Shown here: piece after piece, positions 1 through 10,423 of the stretch | Layout of the letters: every line of letters begins with the position of its first letter | How positions within the stretch are numbered: the first letter of the stretch is position 1 | NCBI GenBank assembly: GCA_022729995.1 | Contig: DZBS01000003.1 | Span: 1 to 62,039 of the forward strand | Direction of reading: 5' to 3' | DNA from: Draconibacterium orientale | GTDB taxonomy: Bacteria; Bacteroidota; Bacteroidia; Bacteroidales; JAADGE01 | DNA length: 62,039 nucleotides | The notes under the pieces: generated by a model | What the model saw: the letters and a program-made list of their open reading frames with translations, nothing else | Told to the model about the DNA's origin: nothing | The model's database searches: none | Translations under genes and position numbers: made by a program

Positions 1-1608
1 TATTTTGGAAAAGATGTTATAATTACCACAGAAAGAAACGTTTCAAAAAATAAAAAAATACAATCGGAACTTATTAAAGCTAAAGATATTGCAGAAGAAA
101 GCGAACAAAAAGTTAGAAGCATGTTTGAAAATACAAAAGCCGGAATATTGTTTTTTAATCCTGAAGGTCAAATTTTGGAAGCCAATAACGCTGTGTTGGA
201 AATAATTGGTTCTCCTTCAATAGAATTTACAAAACAAATAAATCTGTTAAACTTTCAACCTTTAATTGATGTGGGCTTTTCGGGAAATGCACAAAAATGT
301 ATTTCCGAAAAGAAAGTTATTGCGTCCGAAGCAACATATACGAGCAAATGGGGAAAAACTGTTTATATGCAATATTTTTTGATACCGATTTTTGTTCAAA
401 ATAATATTGTCGGTGTTTGGGCAAACTTGCACAATTTAACCGATTTGTGGAATACTAAAAACGATTTAATTATTGCCAAAGAAAAAGCAGAAGAAAGCGA
501 TAAATTAAAAAGCGCTTTTCTTCAAAATATTTCGCATGAAGTAAGAACTCCGTTGAATTCTATTGTAGGTTTTTCGCAATTAATTACCAAAAAGAATCAA
601 ACTCCCGAAAAAGTGCAATTATATTCGGATTTGATATATTCAAACAGCTATAAATTAATAGGGATAATATCCGATGTAATCGAAATTTCACAAATTCAAT
701 CAAAACAAATACATGCAAACTATTCAATGTTTGATATAATTTTATTTATAAAAAGTCAATTCTCTGAATTTATAAATATCGTTAATGAAAAAAACTTACG
801 ATATAATTTAACAATTGAACCAAATATTGAAAAATACATTATAAAATCTGATGAAGAAAAACTAAGAAAAATAATTTATCATATTATTGATAACTCTATA
901 AAATTTACATCAAAAGGAAAAGTAGATTTATCAATAAAAATTAATGAGGAAAAAATTGTTATAGCAATTTCCGACACCGGAATAGGTATTTCCGACGAAA
1001 TGAAAAAAATTATTTTTATGCCTTTCCGTCAAGCAGAAATCGGAGTGATTCGAAATTTTGGCGGCAACGGATTGGGTCTTGCATTGGCAAAATCATATAT
1101 TGAACTATTGTCGGGAAAAATTGACTTACAATCGGAAATAAATGTTGGAACAACAATTACATTACATTTACCCGTAAAAGAAGAAAAAAATGATTTCTAC
1201 AAAAATCAAAAAAATTATAACAAAAAAAATATAAATACAATATTAATTGCCGAAGACGAATTTTCAAATTATTTGCTTTTAATAGAATTAATGAATTCCT
1301 CAGAATTGAAAATATTACATGCTTTAAACGGACAACAAGCAGTTGATTTTTGCAGAAACGGAAATGATATTGATTTGATTCTTATGGATATTAAAATGCC
1401 AATTATGGACGGACAAGAAGCGGCAAAAGTAATAAAAGAATTTCGTCCGGATATACCAATAATTGCGCAATCGGCCTATTTCGAAGAAACCGAAATAGAA
1501 AAATACAAAGATATTTTTGACGATTGTATTGAAAAACCAATTAATGAAAAAGTTCTTAAAGAAATTTTGGAAAAATATTTTTTATATTCCGATAAAATAA
1601 AGTTTTAA
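1..1608 (+). CDS. Hybrid sensor histidine kinase (PAS-HisKA-HATPase-REC), 5' truncated by window edge
   Basis: Frame open from position 1 into the ATG at 121; H-box FLQNISHEVRTPLN, DTGIG/GNGLGL G boxes, C-terminal receiver (AEDE...DLILMDIKMP...EKP). Confidence 0.92.
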   Translation, partial: YFGKDVIITTERNVSKNKKIQSELIKAKDIAEESEQKVRSMFENTKAGILFFNPEGQILEANNAVLEIIGSPSIEFTKQINLLNFQPLIDVGFSGNAQKCISEKKVIASEATYTSKWGKTVYMQYFLIPIFVQNNIVGVWANLHNLTDLWNTKNDLIIAKEKAEESDKLKSAFLQNISHEVRTPLNSIVGFSQLITKKNQTPEKVQLYSDLIYSNSYKLIGIISDVIEISQIQSKQIHANYSMFDIILFIKSQFSEFINIVNEKNLRYNLTIEPNIEKYIIKSDEEKLRKIIYHIIDNSIKFTSKGKVDLSIKINEEKIVIAISDTGIGISDEMKKIIFMPFRQAEIGVIRNFGGNGLGLALAKSYIELLSGKIDLQSEINVGTTITLHLPVKEEKNDFYKNQKNYNKKNINTILIAEDEFSNYLLLIELMNSSELKILHALNGQQAVDFCRNGNDIDLILMDIKMPIMDGQEAAKVIKEFRPDIPIIAQSAYFEETEIEKYKDIFDDCIEKPINEKVLKEILEKYFLYSDKIKF

Positions 1609-1628
1609 ACCATATTTTATTAAAAAAA

Positions 1629-4600
1629 ATGAATGCAAAATTAATATTACGTAAAAATTTAGATAAAAATAAAACTAAAATATATAGAATTTCATTAATA
1701 ATTGTTGCAATTAGTTTTCCGGTAATAGGAATTTTCACAAACTTTTTTGACAATAAAATTTATGACCCGATATATTTACGTTTAATTTTAAGTTTACTTT
1801 CAATAACAATAATAACAGGAACATACTTTGAAAAGTTTAATCGGAATTTCAATATATATTTCAATATATATTTGGTTTTAATTTCAATTTGGGCAGGATA
1901 TATAACCTACGAAAACAATTTTTCATTCAGCACATCAATAATCTATCTGTCGTCAATAGCAATAGTTTCGTTTGCCATAAGTAATTACAAGCAAATTGGT
2001 TTATTTTCAATTATTTCGGTATCAATAATAACTATACTTTTAATATCAAGCGATGTTGATATTTTAAGCCGGTTTTCAATATTCATTTCAATCCTTTTCA
2101 TTCACTCGGTTGCTTTTGCAATAATATATTTGAATAACCTTTCGGAAAACAATCTTTTTGCAAATCAACAAAAATTATTAGACGTAAAAAATGTAGCTTC
2201 AATAGGAAATTGGGAAATAGATTTGAGAAATAATAAAATTGAATGTTCCGACGAAATAAATAATATTTTTGAATGCGATTCGGACATAACGGTTAAAACA
2301 TTAGAAAGATTTTTTTCATATATTCACCCCGATGATTTTGATTTAGCATACACATTGTATAGTAATTCATTTTCCGAAAAAAAACCTTCATATATTGAAC
2401 ATCGAATTATTACAAAAAATAATAATCTAAAATATTTAAAAGTTAGATGCCGAACAGAATTCGATATAAAAGGAAATGCAATAAAATCTCATGGAAACGC
2501 TATTGATATTACCGATCTTAAAAATAAAGAAACCGAATTGCAAGAAAGTGAAGAAAGATATAAAGCACTTCACAACGCATCTTTCGGAGGAATAGGAATT
2601 CACGACAAAGGAAATATAATTGAATGTAACAGAGGACTTTCAGAAATGACCGGTTATTCTGAAAAAGAATTAATTGGAATGAACGGATTATTACTTATTG
2701 CAGAAGAATCTAGAGATTTGGTAATAAAAAATATTAAAGAAGAAACAGAAAAACCTTATGAAGTAACCGGAATTAGAAAAAACGGCGAAAAATATCCGCT
2801 ACATATCGAAGCACGCAATATTCCGTATAAAGGAAAACTGATGCGAGCAGTAGAATTCAGAGACATTTCCGAAAAAGTAAACGCAGAACAAAAAATTATT
2901 GAAAGCGAAACAAAATACAGAATGCTCACGGACCTTTCGGGCGATATGATTGTTATGCACAGAAACTTCAAAAAATTTTATATAAACCCCACAGTTGAAA
3001 AAATATTAGGCTACACGCAAGAAGAATTCTTAAATTTTAATGCATTTTATCTTTTACACCCCGAAGAAGAAGACAGAATAAAAATTAATATGGAAGAAGA
3101 CCGAGCATTGCGTATTGAAAAAAATAAAACTTGCGATTTTAGAATGCGCCATAAAAACGGACATTTCGTTTGGCTTTCTTCTCAAATTATAATTCATAAA
3201 ATCGACGAAAATAATTTCATAACAATAATAAGTTCGCGAGATATTTCAGAAAAGAAAAAAATAGAATTAAAACTGTTGAGAAGTAAAGAAAACTTAAGCC
3301 AAGCACAAAGAGTAGGAAACGTTGGTCATTGGGATTATGATATTATTAATGACAAACTTTACATTTCAAAACAAATGTATAATATTTATGAAATATCAAA
3401 AGAGAATTTTATTCCAACAATTTCAAACGTTTTAGAAATGGTGCCTGATGATGAAAGGAAAACACTATTTGAAACCTTTAATAATTCTATAAAAGAAAAA
3501 ATAAATCTTGAATTTATTCACAAGATTATTACCAAAAAAGGAAATATAAAACATTTAAAAGAAGTTACCGAAACAAAATATAACAGTAATAATGAACCTG
3601 TCAGCATTCTTGGAAGCGTTCTCGATATCACCGAATTAAAAAACATTGAACTTGAACTAATAGAAAGTCAAGCAATTTTTAAAGCCATAAGTACTGCGGC
3701 AAATGACGCAATAATTATGATTGACAACGACGATACAGTTAATTTTTGGAATCCTTATGCAGAAAAAATGTTTGGATATACAGCAGAAGAAATGAAAGGA
3801 AAAACATTACATGATTATGTTGTTCCCGAAAACTCAAGAGAAATTTTTATAAGTGCATTTGAAAGTTTCAAAAAAACAGGAAAAGGAAGAGTACTAGGAC
3901 AAACAATAGAATTAACGGCAATAAACAAAAACAAACAAGAATTTCCGGTTGAAATATCAATTTCAAGAACCAATGTTGGAAATAAATGGACAGCAATAGG
4001 AATTGTTAGAGACATTACAAACAAAAAGAATTATGAAAATCAACTTAAAAGTTTTAATGCCACAAAAGATAAATTATTTTCAATAATTGCTCACGATTTA
4101 AAAAACCCTTTTAACTCTTTAATAGGTTTTAATAAACTTCTTGTTGCAAACGTATCGGATTATCCTAAAGAAAAAATTAAACAAATAGCACAAAATATGC
4201 TTGATGTTTCGTCTCAAACATATACACTGTTAGAAAATTTACTTCAATGGTCAAACTTCCAAACAGGTAAATTAACACCACAATTTATTGATATAAAACC
4301 TTCGGAATTAATAAAAGAAGTTGTATATTTAAGCGAAACAATAGCTCTTGCAAAACAAATAAATATTCAAACAAAAATAAACTGCGATAATTACATTTTT
4401 GCCGATTCGGAAATGATAAAAACAGTAATAAGAAATTTAATTTCAAATGCAATAAAATTCACATACCAAAACGGAAATATAAATATAGAAACATCAGAAT
4501 ATAACCACGAAATTTTATTCACAATTTCAGATTCGGGAACAGGAATTGACCCCGAACACTTAAAAACACTTTTTGGAATTGACAATAGATATTCACAAAG

Positions 4601-4742
4601 AGGAACTGCCAACGAAGCAGGAACAGGACTTGGCTTAATGTTATGCAAAGATTTTATTGAAACCCACAAAGGTAAAATTTGGGTTGAAAGTGAATTAAAT
4701 AAAGGAAGCAAATTTATGTTTACAATTCCAAAATCAATTTAA
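1629..4742 (+). CDS. Membrane-anchored multi-PAS sensor histidine kinase
   Basis: N-terminal hydrophobic helices, several PAS/PAC repeats (IHPDD, LLHPEE, RDIS/RDIT), H-box IIAHDLKNPF, NLISNAIKF, GTGLGL. Confidence 0.92.
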   Translation: MNAKLILRKNLDKNKTKIYRISLIIVAISFPVIGIFTNFFDNKIYDPIYLRLILSLLSITIITGTYFEKFNRNFNIYFNIYLVLISIWAGYITYENNFSFSTSIIYLSSIAIVSFAISNYKQIGLFSIISVSIITILLISSDVDILSRFSIFISILFIHSVAFAIIYLNNLSENNLFANQQKLLDVKNVASIGNWEIDLRNNKIECSDEINNIFECDSDITVKTLERFFSYIHPDDFDLAYTLYSNSFSEKKPSYIEHRIITKNNNLKYLKVRCRTEFDIKGNAIKSHGNAIDITDLKNKETELQESEERYKALHNASFGGIGIHDKGNIIECNRGLSEMTGYSEKELIGMNGLLLIAEESRDLVIKNIKEETEKPYEVTGIRKNGEKYPLHIEARNIPYKGKLMRAVEFRDISEKVNAEQKIIESETKYRMLTDLSGDMIVMHRNFKKFYINPTVEKILGYTQEEFLNFNAFYLLHPEEEDRIKINMEEDRALRIEKNKTCDFRMRHKNGHFVWLSSQIIIHKIDENNFITIISSRDISEKKKIELKLLRSKENLSQAQRVGNVGHWDYDIINDKLYISKQMYNIYEISKENFIPTISNVLEMVPDDERKTLFETFNNSIKEKINLEFIHKIITKKGNIKHLKEVTETKYNSNNEPVSILGSVLDITELKNIELELIESQAIFKAISTAANDAIIMIDNDDTVNFWNPYAEKMFGYTAEEMKGKTLHDYVVPENSREIFISAFESFKKTGKGRVLGQTIELTAINKNKQEFPVEISISRTNVGNKWTAIGIVRDITNKKNYENQLKSFNATKDKLFSIIAHDLKNPFNSLIGFNKLLVANVSDYPKEKIKQIAQNMLDVSSQTYTLLENLLQWSNFQTGKLTPQFIDIKPSELIKEVVYLSETIALAKQINIQTKINCDNYIFADSEMIKTVIRNLISNAIKFTYQNGNINIETSEYNHEILFTISDSGTGIDPEHLKTLFGIDNRYSQRGTANEAGTGLGLMLCKDFIETHKGKIWVESELNKGSKFMFTIPKSI

Positions 4743-4797
4743 CAAAAAACTGCCGGAAATTACAAGAATAATAAGCAAATACAGAAAATAAAATTAT

Positions 4798-4887
4798 ATG
4801 AAACATCCACGCAAGTTTCACGAAACAAAAGAGATTGATTATTTGGGATGTTCCTTTCTGACCATTAAAAAAAATAAATATAAACAG
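4798..4887 (+). repeat. Start-codon-proximal hairpin element, copy 1
   Basis: ATGAAACATCC...GGATGTTCCTTTCTGACC, A-rich tail, then AAACAG-ATGAAA at the gene start. Confidence 0.85.
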
Positions 4888-6093
4888 ATGAAAATATTAA
4901 TAGTTGACGATATTATTTCAAACATAATTTTACTTGAAGAGATTCTGTCCGGAAATCATCAAACCGAAAAAGCATATAACGGACAAGATGCTCTTGATAA
5001 AATAAATATTTTCAATCCCGACTTGGTTTTGCTCGATATTATGATGCCTGTTATTGACGGAATTGCAACATTAAAAAAAATTAGAGCAAATTTGCTCACA
5101 TCAGATTTGCCTGTTATTATGATAACAGCAAAACAAGAATATGCAGATTTAAAAGAAGCTCTAAATGCAGGTGCTTCCGATTATATTAAAAAACCAATTG
5201 ACAAAACCGAATTATTCACAAAAATTGAAATTCAAAATCAACTGATTCATAAAAGTAAAAAAATTTTAGATTACGAAATTTACGATAATATTCAAGAAAG
5301 TATGGTTGTTGCCCAACGTTTTCAACAATCATTACTTCCCGATAAAAAAAAGCTTTTGAAATTATTTCCAAACAATTTTGTGCTAAATCTTCCTAAAGAT
5401 ATTTTAAGCGGAGATTTTTATAATTTTTATAATTTTGAAAATTCAAGAAAACTAATAACATTATACGATTGTATTGGACACGGTGCTCCGGCGGCAATGA
5501 TGACAATTGCAATTCAACTTATTGCAAATAACCATTTTACATATAATTCTAATTATAATCTGCACGACTCGGTTCAAAAAATAATTGACAATTTAAAAAT
5601 AAATATTAATCAATCTGTCGACACATTTTCCGATTTCAGTTTCGATGCAATATTCTTAGAAATTATTGAAAATGAAATGACTGCAAATTTCATAGGTGCA
5701 CACAGACCGCTATTAATTGTAAGAAAAAATTCTACCGAAATTATTGTTAACAATCAACCGGAAAAGCCGTATATTACACTGCACGACTATTCTTTATTCA
5801 GAATAAAAGGAAATATTCACAGTATAATTCTTGAAAATGCAGATTTTGATAATAAAAAAATAAAACTTGAAAAGGGCGACAGTATATATTTATTTTCCGA
5901 CGGATATACAGAACAAATGTCGAGCAATTTTAAAAAAGTTAGAATTTCAATGAGAGGTCTTGCCGATATTTTAATTGAAAATCAAAATTTATCTATGAAC
6001 GAACAAAAACAAATATTATACGATTACTTTATAAATAATCTTAACGGAAGCAATCAACTTGACGACATTATTGTTATAGGAGTAAAAATATAA
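4888..6093 (+). CDS. Response regulator receiver fused to PP2C/SpoIIE (RsbU-like) phosphatase
   Basis: MKILIVDD...DLVLLDIMMP receiver; SGDFY, DCIGHG, FSDG, DDIIVIG PP2C motifs. Start placed at 4888 because the ORF-track extension from 4798 is the repeat element. Confidence 0.88.
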   Translation: MKILIVDDIISNIILLEEILSGNHQTEKAYNGQDALDKINIFNPDLVLLDIMMPVIDGIATLKKIRANLLTSDLPVIMITAKQEYADLKEALNAGASDYIKKPIDKTELFTKIEIQNQLIHKSKKILDYEIYDNIQESMVVAQRFQQSLLPDKKKLLKLFPNNFVLNLPKDILSGDFYNFYNFENSRKLITLYDCIGHGAPAAMMTIAIQLIANNHFTYNSNYNLHDSVQKIIDNLKININQSVDTFSDFSFDAIFLEIIENEMTANFIGAHRPLLIVRKNSTEIIVNNQPEKPYITLHDYSLFRIKGNIHSIILENADFDNKKIKLEKGDSIYLFSDGYTEQMSSNFKKVRISMRGLADILIENQNLSMNEQKQILYDYFINNLNGSNQLDDIIVIGVKI

Positions 6094-6112
6094 AAAACAA
6101 CGAAATTTTTAT

Positions 6113-6838
6113 ATGTTAATAAAAACCAAAGGCATAGTTTTAAACAGATTAAAATATTCCGACACAGCAATTATTTGTTCAATTTACACTCAAAAATTCG
6201 GGAAATTATCTTTTATGATTCACGGAACAAACTCCAAAAAATCGAAAATTAAAGCAAATCTTCTACAACCAATGTATTTGCTCGATTTAGAAATTATTTA
6301 TAAAGATAATTCAAATTTGCAAAAACTAAATGAAATTTCTTCCGATTACACTTTTACCGACATTCCCCTATCCTTCTCAAAAAATTCTATTCTTTTTTTC
6401 TTGGCCGAATATATAAATAAATGCTTAAAAGAACACGACCAAGATGCTGAACTATTTAATTTTATAAGAAATTCGATGATTTTTTTAGACCAATTAAAAG
6501 TAAACTCTTCTAATTTTCATATTAAATTTTTATTCGATTTTTTTAAATATTTAGGAATTCTCCCCGAAAATAATTTTTCGGATATTCAAAATATTTTCGA
6601 TTTGCAAGCCGGTAAATTTATTTTGGGAAGACCGCAACATAAAGACTTTGCCGATATTGAAACAAGCTTTTATATTTCTGAATTTTTGAAATCCGATTTT
6701 GAAAATATGCACACAATAAATTTATCTAAAACAATGAGAAACAATCTTTTAAATTTTATTATTGATTATTCAAACATTCATATTGAAAAACCGGGATATA
6801 TGAAATCCGTTGACGTTTTGAAAGATATTTTTTCGTAA
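6113..6838 (+). CDS. recO: DNA repair protein RecO
   Basis: KTKGIVL..KYSD..I...YT..FGK N-terminal OB-fold pattern; Bacteroidota RecO-like C-terminus (FDLQAGKF, KSVDVL). Confidence 0.88.
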   Translation: MLIKTKGIVLNRLKYSDTAIICSIYTQKFGKLSFMIHGTNSKKSKIKANLLQPMYLLDLEIIYKDNSNLQKLNEISSDYTFTDIPLSFSKNSILFFLAEYINKCLKEHDQDAELFNFIRNSMIFLDQLKVNSSNFHIKFLFDFFKYLGILPENNFSDIQNIFDLQAGKFILGRPQHKDFADIETSFYISEFLKSDFENMHTINLSKTMRNNLLNFIIDYSNIHIEKPGYMKSVDVLKDIFS

Positions 6839-6842
6839 ATTT

Positions 6843-7817
6843 TTAATTTTCTCTAACCTTTAATTTTTCTGCAATTTCAAATAATATTTTCTTTTTTTCA
6901 CTTTCAACATTCACTTTCTCAAGAGATTTTATTGCCGAAAGATAATAATCATTAATTTTATTCAGAGTTAATTGTTTAATATTTAATTTATTGTAAATTT
7001 CTGTAACATGTTTTACTTTAGATGTTCTGTCCATTAATTTGTCTTCCAACAAATTATTTAAAAATTCATTAGTTTTTAAATCAGAATTTTTTAAAGCATT
7101 TATCAACAAAAAAGTTTTTTTTGCCTCAACAATATCTCCGCCCGTTTGTTTTCCAAAAACTTTGGAATCGCCGTAAACATCGAGCAAATCGTCTTGCAAT
7201 TGGAATGCAAGTCCGAGATTTAGACCAAAATCATAAAGTAAATCGGAATCTGTTGAAGAAGCTCCGCCAATTATTGCACCGGATTTTATGCAAGCTGCAA
7301 TAAGAACCGAAGTTTTAAGTTTTATCATCTCCAAATAATCATCAATTTCAACATTTTTTTGAGTTTCAAAATTCATGTCATATTGCTGACCTTCACAAAC
7401 TTCCAAAGCTGTTTTATTAAATATTTCGAATATTGACTTTAAATTTTCAGATTTATTTTTTAGAATATATCCGTAAGCCAAAATCATCATTGCATCGCCC
7501 GATAAAATTGCAGTGTTTACGTTCCATTTCACATGAACGGTTTCATTTCCTCGTCTAAGATTTGAATTGTCCATAACATCGTCGTGAAGCAAAGTAAAAT
7601 TATGAAAAATTTCAAAAGCCAAAGCTGTATCAACAGCATTATCAATGCTTTCGCTAAAAACATTACACGCAGCCAAAAGCAAAGCCGGCCTCAACCTTTT
7701 TCCGCCAATATCCAAAATATATTTTACGGGTTCATATAATCCTTCAGGTTTCGGACAATACTCAAGGCTTTTAATTTTATCGGAAATAATATCTTGTAAC
7801 TCTTTTATTGAAAACAT
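6843..7817 (-). CDS. Polyprenyl diphosphate synthase (IspA/IspB family)
   Basis: GGKRLRP, LLHDDVMD..RRG, GQQYD, FQLQDDLLD motifs; start reassigned to ATG 7817 (MFSIKEL), downstream of a TAnnTTTG motif. Confidence 0.92.
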   Translation of the reverse strand: MFSIKELQDIISDKIKSLEYCPKPEGLYEPVKYILDIGGKRLRPALLLAACNVFSESIDNAVDTALAFEIFHNFTLLHDDVMDNSNLRRGNETVHVKWNVNTAILSGDAMMILAYGYILKNKSENLKSIFEIFNKTALEVCEGQQYDMNFETQKNVEIDDYLEMIKLKTSVLIAACIKSGAIIGGASSTDSDLLYDFGLNLGLAFQLQDDLLDVYGDSKVFGKQTGGDIVEAKKTFLLINALKNSDLKTNEFLNNLLEDKLMDRTSKVKHVTEIYNKLNIKQLTLNKINDYYLSAIKSLEKVNVESEKKKILFEIAEKLKVREN

Positions 7818-7867
7818 AAAATTTGAATTTAACTCTAATAAAAAAACAATTAAAATTTGCTTCTTTG

Positions 7868-7875
7868 CAAATGTA
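7868..7875 (-). promoter_or_regulatory. Bacteroidota-type -7 promoter motif (TACATTTG)
   Basis: Matches TAnnTTTG about 50 bp upstream of the polyprenyl synthase ATG. Confidence 0.45.
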
Positions 7876-7953
7876 ATAAATTGAACAAAATATCTTATTA
7901 AATATTTTTTTTTGATACTTTGCATCAATATTTTTACAAAAAATATAATTTAG

Positions 7954-10422
7954 ATGAATCCTTTAAGTATCAATGAAATTGCAATTGCCGTAAACGGAAA
8001 AGTTTTCGGAAACGAAAATATAATTATAAAAAATATAATTATCGACAGCAGAACTTTTTCGGCCGATAAATCTACAATTTTTGCCGCAATTAAAAGTTTG
8101 CGAAACGACGGACATAATTTTATTCCCGAACTTTATAAAAAAGGAATCACAAATTTTATTGTTAGCGAAATCAAAAAAGAGTTTGAGAATTTTGAAAACG
8201 CAAATTTCATTATCGTTGAAAATACAATTTCGGCACTTCAAAAACTTGGAGCATATTACCGAAAAAATTTCACAAATTCATTGGTTGCAATTACCGGAAG
8301 TAACGGAAAAACTGTTGTTAAAGAATGGATTTTTCAACTTTTGCACGAGAATAAAAACATTACCAGAAGTCCTAAAAGTTTTAATTCGCAAATTGGAGTT
8401 CCGCTTTCGCTAATGCTTTTAGACAATAAATTTGATTTGGCAATTATTGAAGCCGGAATTTCATTTACGGGCGAAATGGAATTACTTGAGAAAATAATTT
8501 ATCCCGAAATCGGAATTTTTACAAATATTGGAAATGCACATCAAGAAAATTTTGAAAATATTGAAAAGAAAATCAGAGAAAAAATAAAGCTTTTTAAAAA
8601 CTCAAAATTAATTATTTATAATTCCGATATTAAAAAAACAGATGAAATAATACGAAATGAATATTCGCAAACAAAAGAACTTTTTACTTGGGGAAAAAAC
8701 AAAAATGCAAGTCTTAAAGTGTTAAATATCAATAGAAAAAATAACTTTACCGAAATAATAAGTTTGCATAACGAAAAAGAAATATCAATAAAAATACCTT
8801 TTACCGATACAGCTTCGGTAGAAAATTCGATAAATTGTTTGGCATTTTTAATTAGTTCGGGAAATTTTTCATCTCAAATTTTAGAGAAATTTTCTTGGCT
8901 AAGTCCTGTGGAAATGAGACTTGAATTAAAACAAGGAATAAATAATTGTACTTTAATAAACGATTTTTATAATTCCGATTTAAGCTCTTTAAAAATAGCT
9001 ACCGATTTTTTGAATACTCAAAATCAGCACTTCAGAAAAACAATAATACTTTCCGACATTCCTCAAAGCGGAACAATTGAAGAAGAATTATATAAAGAAA
9101 TATCTGAAATAATAACAAAATCGGGAGTTACAAGAATAATTGGTGTTGGAGAAAAAATATCTTTTCATAAAAATTATTTCAAAAATATACACCAAAAAAC
9201 ATTTTATAATTCAACAGAAGAATTTCTAAATAATTTTAAAACTACAGATTTTTCGGAAGAAACAATTTTGATAAAAGGTTCGCGAAAATTTGAAATGGAA
9301 AGAATTTCGGCTCAACTTATTCAAAAAAAGCACCGAACCGTAATGGAAATAAATTTAAACGCAATAATTCATAACTTAAACTACTATAAATCAATTATTA
9401 AAAAGGAAACTAAAATAATGATTATGGTAAAAGCTTTTTCTTACGGAAGCGGAAGTTTTGAAATTGCCAATTTGTTGCAAGAGCAAGGTGTTGATTATTT
9501 GGGAGTTGCATTTGCCGACGAAGGCGTAAAACTCCGAAAAGCCGGAATTTCTGTTCCAATAATTGTTATGAATCCGGAAATTGAAGGTTTTGCGAACATT
9601 ATTGATTTCAATTTAGAACCCGAAATATACAGTTTTGGAATTTTACGCGAATTTATAAAATCTGCCGAGAAAAATTTTTCGGTTCAAATTCCAATTCATT
9701 TAAAAATCGACACAGGAATGAAACGTTTGGGATTTTGCGATTATGAAATTGACGATTTAATATTTGAAATAAAAAAATCTGATAAAATTAAAATTAAATC
9801 GATATTTTCACATTTAGCAGCAACCGACGAAGAAATTCACGATGATTTTACAAAATATCAATTAGAAAAATTTAAAACAATAAGCGAAAAAATAATATCA
9901 CAATTCGACTACCCTATTATTCGACATTCGTTAAATTCTTCGGGAATTGAGCGTTTTCCGGAAGCACAATTTGAAATGGTAAGGCTCGGAATCGGGCTTT
10001 ACGGATTTAGTCCGAAAAATGGAAATAAATTAATGAATGTGAGCACTTTGCGAAGTAAAATATCGCAAATAAAAAATGTGAAAACAGGTGAAACCGTTGG
10101 TTACAGCAGAAAAGGAAAGTCCGAAAAAGATACCAAAATTGCAGTAATTCCAATTGGTTATGCCGACGGTTTTAATAGAGCATTGAGCAACGGAAAAGGC
10201 AAAGTTCTTATCAACGGAAAATTTGCTCCAATAATCGGAAATGTTTGTATGGACATGTGCATGGCCGATTTGCAGAATATTGAAGCCGCAGAAAACGACG
10301 ATGTAATTATTTTTGGAGATGAATTTCCGGCATCTGAAATTTCAAAAATCTTAAATACAATTCCTTACGAAATTATTACAGGAATTTCCGAGCGAGTAAA
10401 AAGAATTTATTACCGCGAATAA
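7954..10422 (+). CDS. alr: Bifunctional MurF-like ligase / alanine racemase
   Basis: ITGSNGKT P-loop and KGSR Mur-ligase motifs; MVKAFSYG (PLP lysine), KIDTGMKRLG, IGYADG and CMD racemase motifs. Confidence 0.93.
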   Translation: MNPLSINEIAIAVNGKVFGNENIIIKNIIIDSRTFSADKSTIFAAIKSLRNDGHNFIPELYKKGITNFIVSEIKKEFENFENANFIIVENTISALQKLGAYYRKNFTNSLVAITGSNGKTVVKEWIFQLLHENKNITRSPKSFNSQIGVPLSLMLLDNKFDLAIIEAGISFTGEMELLEKIIYPEIGIFTNIGNAHQENFENIEKKIREKIKLFKNSKLIIYNSDIKKTDEIIRNEYSQTKELFTWGKNKNASLKVLNINRKNNFTEIISLHNEKEISIKIPFTDTASVENSINCLAFLISSGNFSSQILEKFSWLSPVEMRLELKQGINNCTLINDFYNSDLSSLKIATDFLNTQNQHFRKTIILSDIPQSGTIEEELYKEISEIITKSGVTRIIGVGEKISFHKNYFKNIHQKTFYNSTEEFLNNFKTTDFSEETILIKGSRKFEMERISAQLIQKKHRTVMEINLNAIIHNLNYYKSIIKKETKIMIMVKAFSYGSGSFEIANLLQEQGVDYLGVAFADEGVKLRKAGISVPIIVMNPEIEGFANIIDFNLEPEIYSFGILREFIKSAEKNFSVQIPIHLKIDTGMKRLGFCDYEIDDLIFEIKKSDKIKIKSIFSHLAATDEEIHDDFTKYQLEKFKTISEKIISQFDYPIIRHSLNSSGIERFPEAQFEMVRLGIGLYGFSPKNGNKLMNVSTLRSKISQIKNVKTGETVGYSRKGKSEKDTKIAVIPIGYADGFNRALSNGKGKVLINGKFAPIIGNVCMDMCMADLQNIEAAENDDVIIFGDEFPASEISKILNTIPYEIITGISERVKRIYYRE

Positions 10423-10423
10423 A

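Noticed and set aside
4798-4887. Hairpin elements as integron attC sites
   Set aside because: AAC...GTT triplets occur in most copies, but the boxes do not fit RYYYAAC/GTTRRRY, the elements sit at gene starts rather than ends, and no integrase is present
4798-4887. N-terminal extension of the REC-PP2C ORF (and the 13-aa extension at 35340)
   Set aside because: These extensions are translated repeat sequence; the domains start at 4888 and 35379
7954-10422. MurF-Alr fusion as a novelty
   Set aside because: Well-known Bacteroidota architecture
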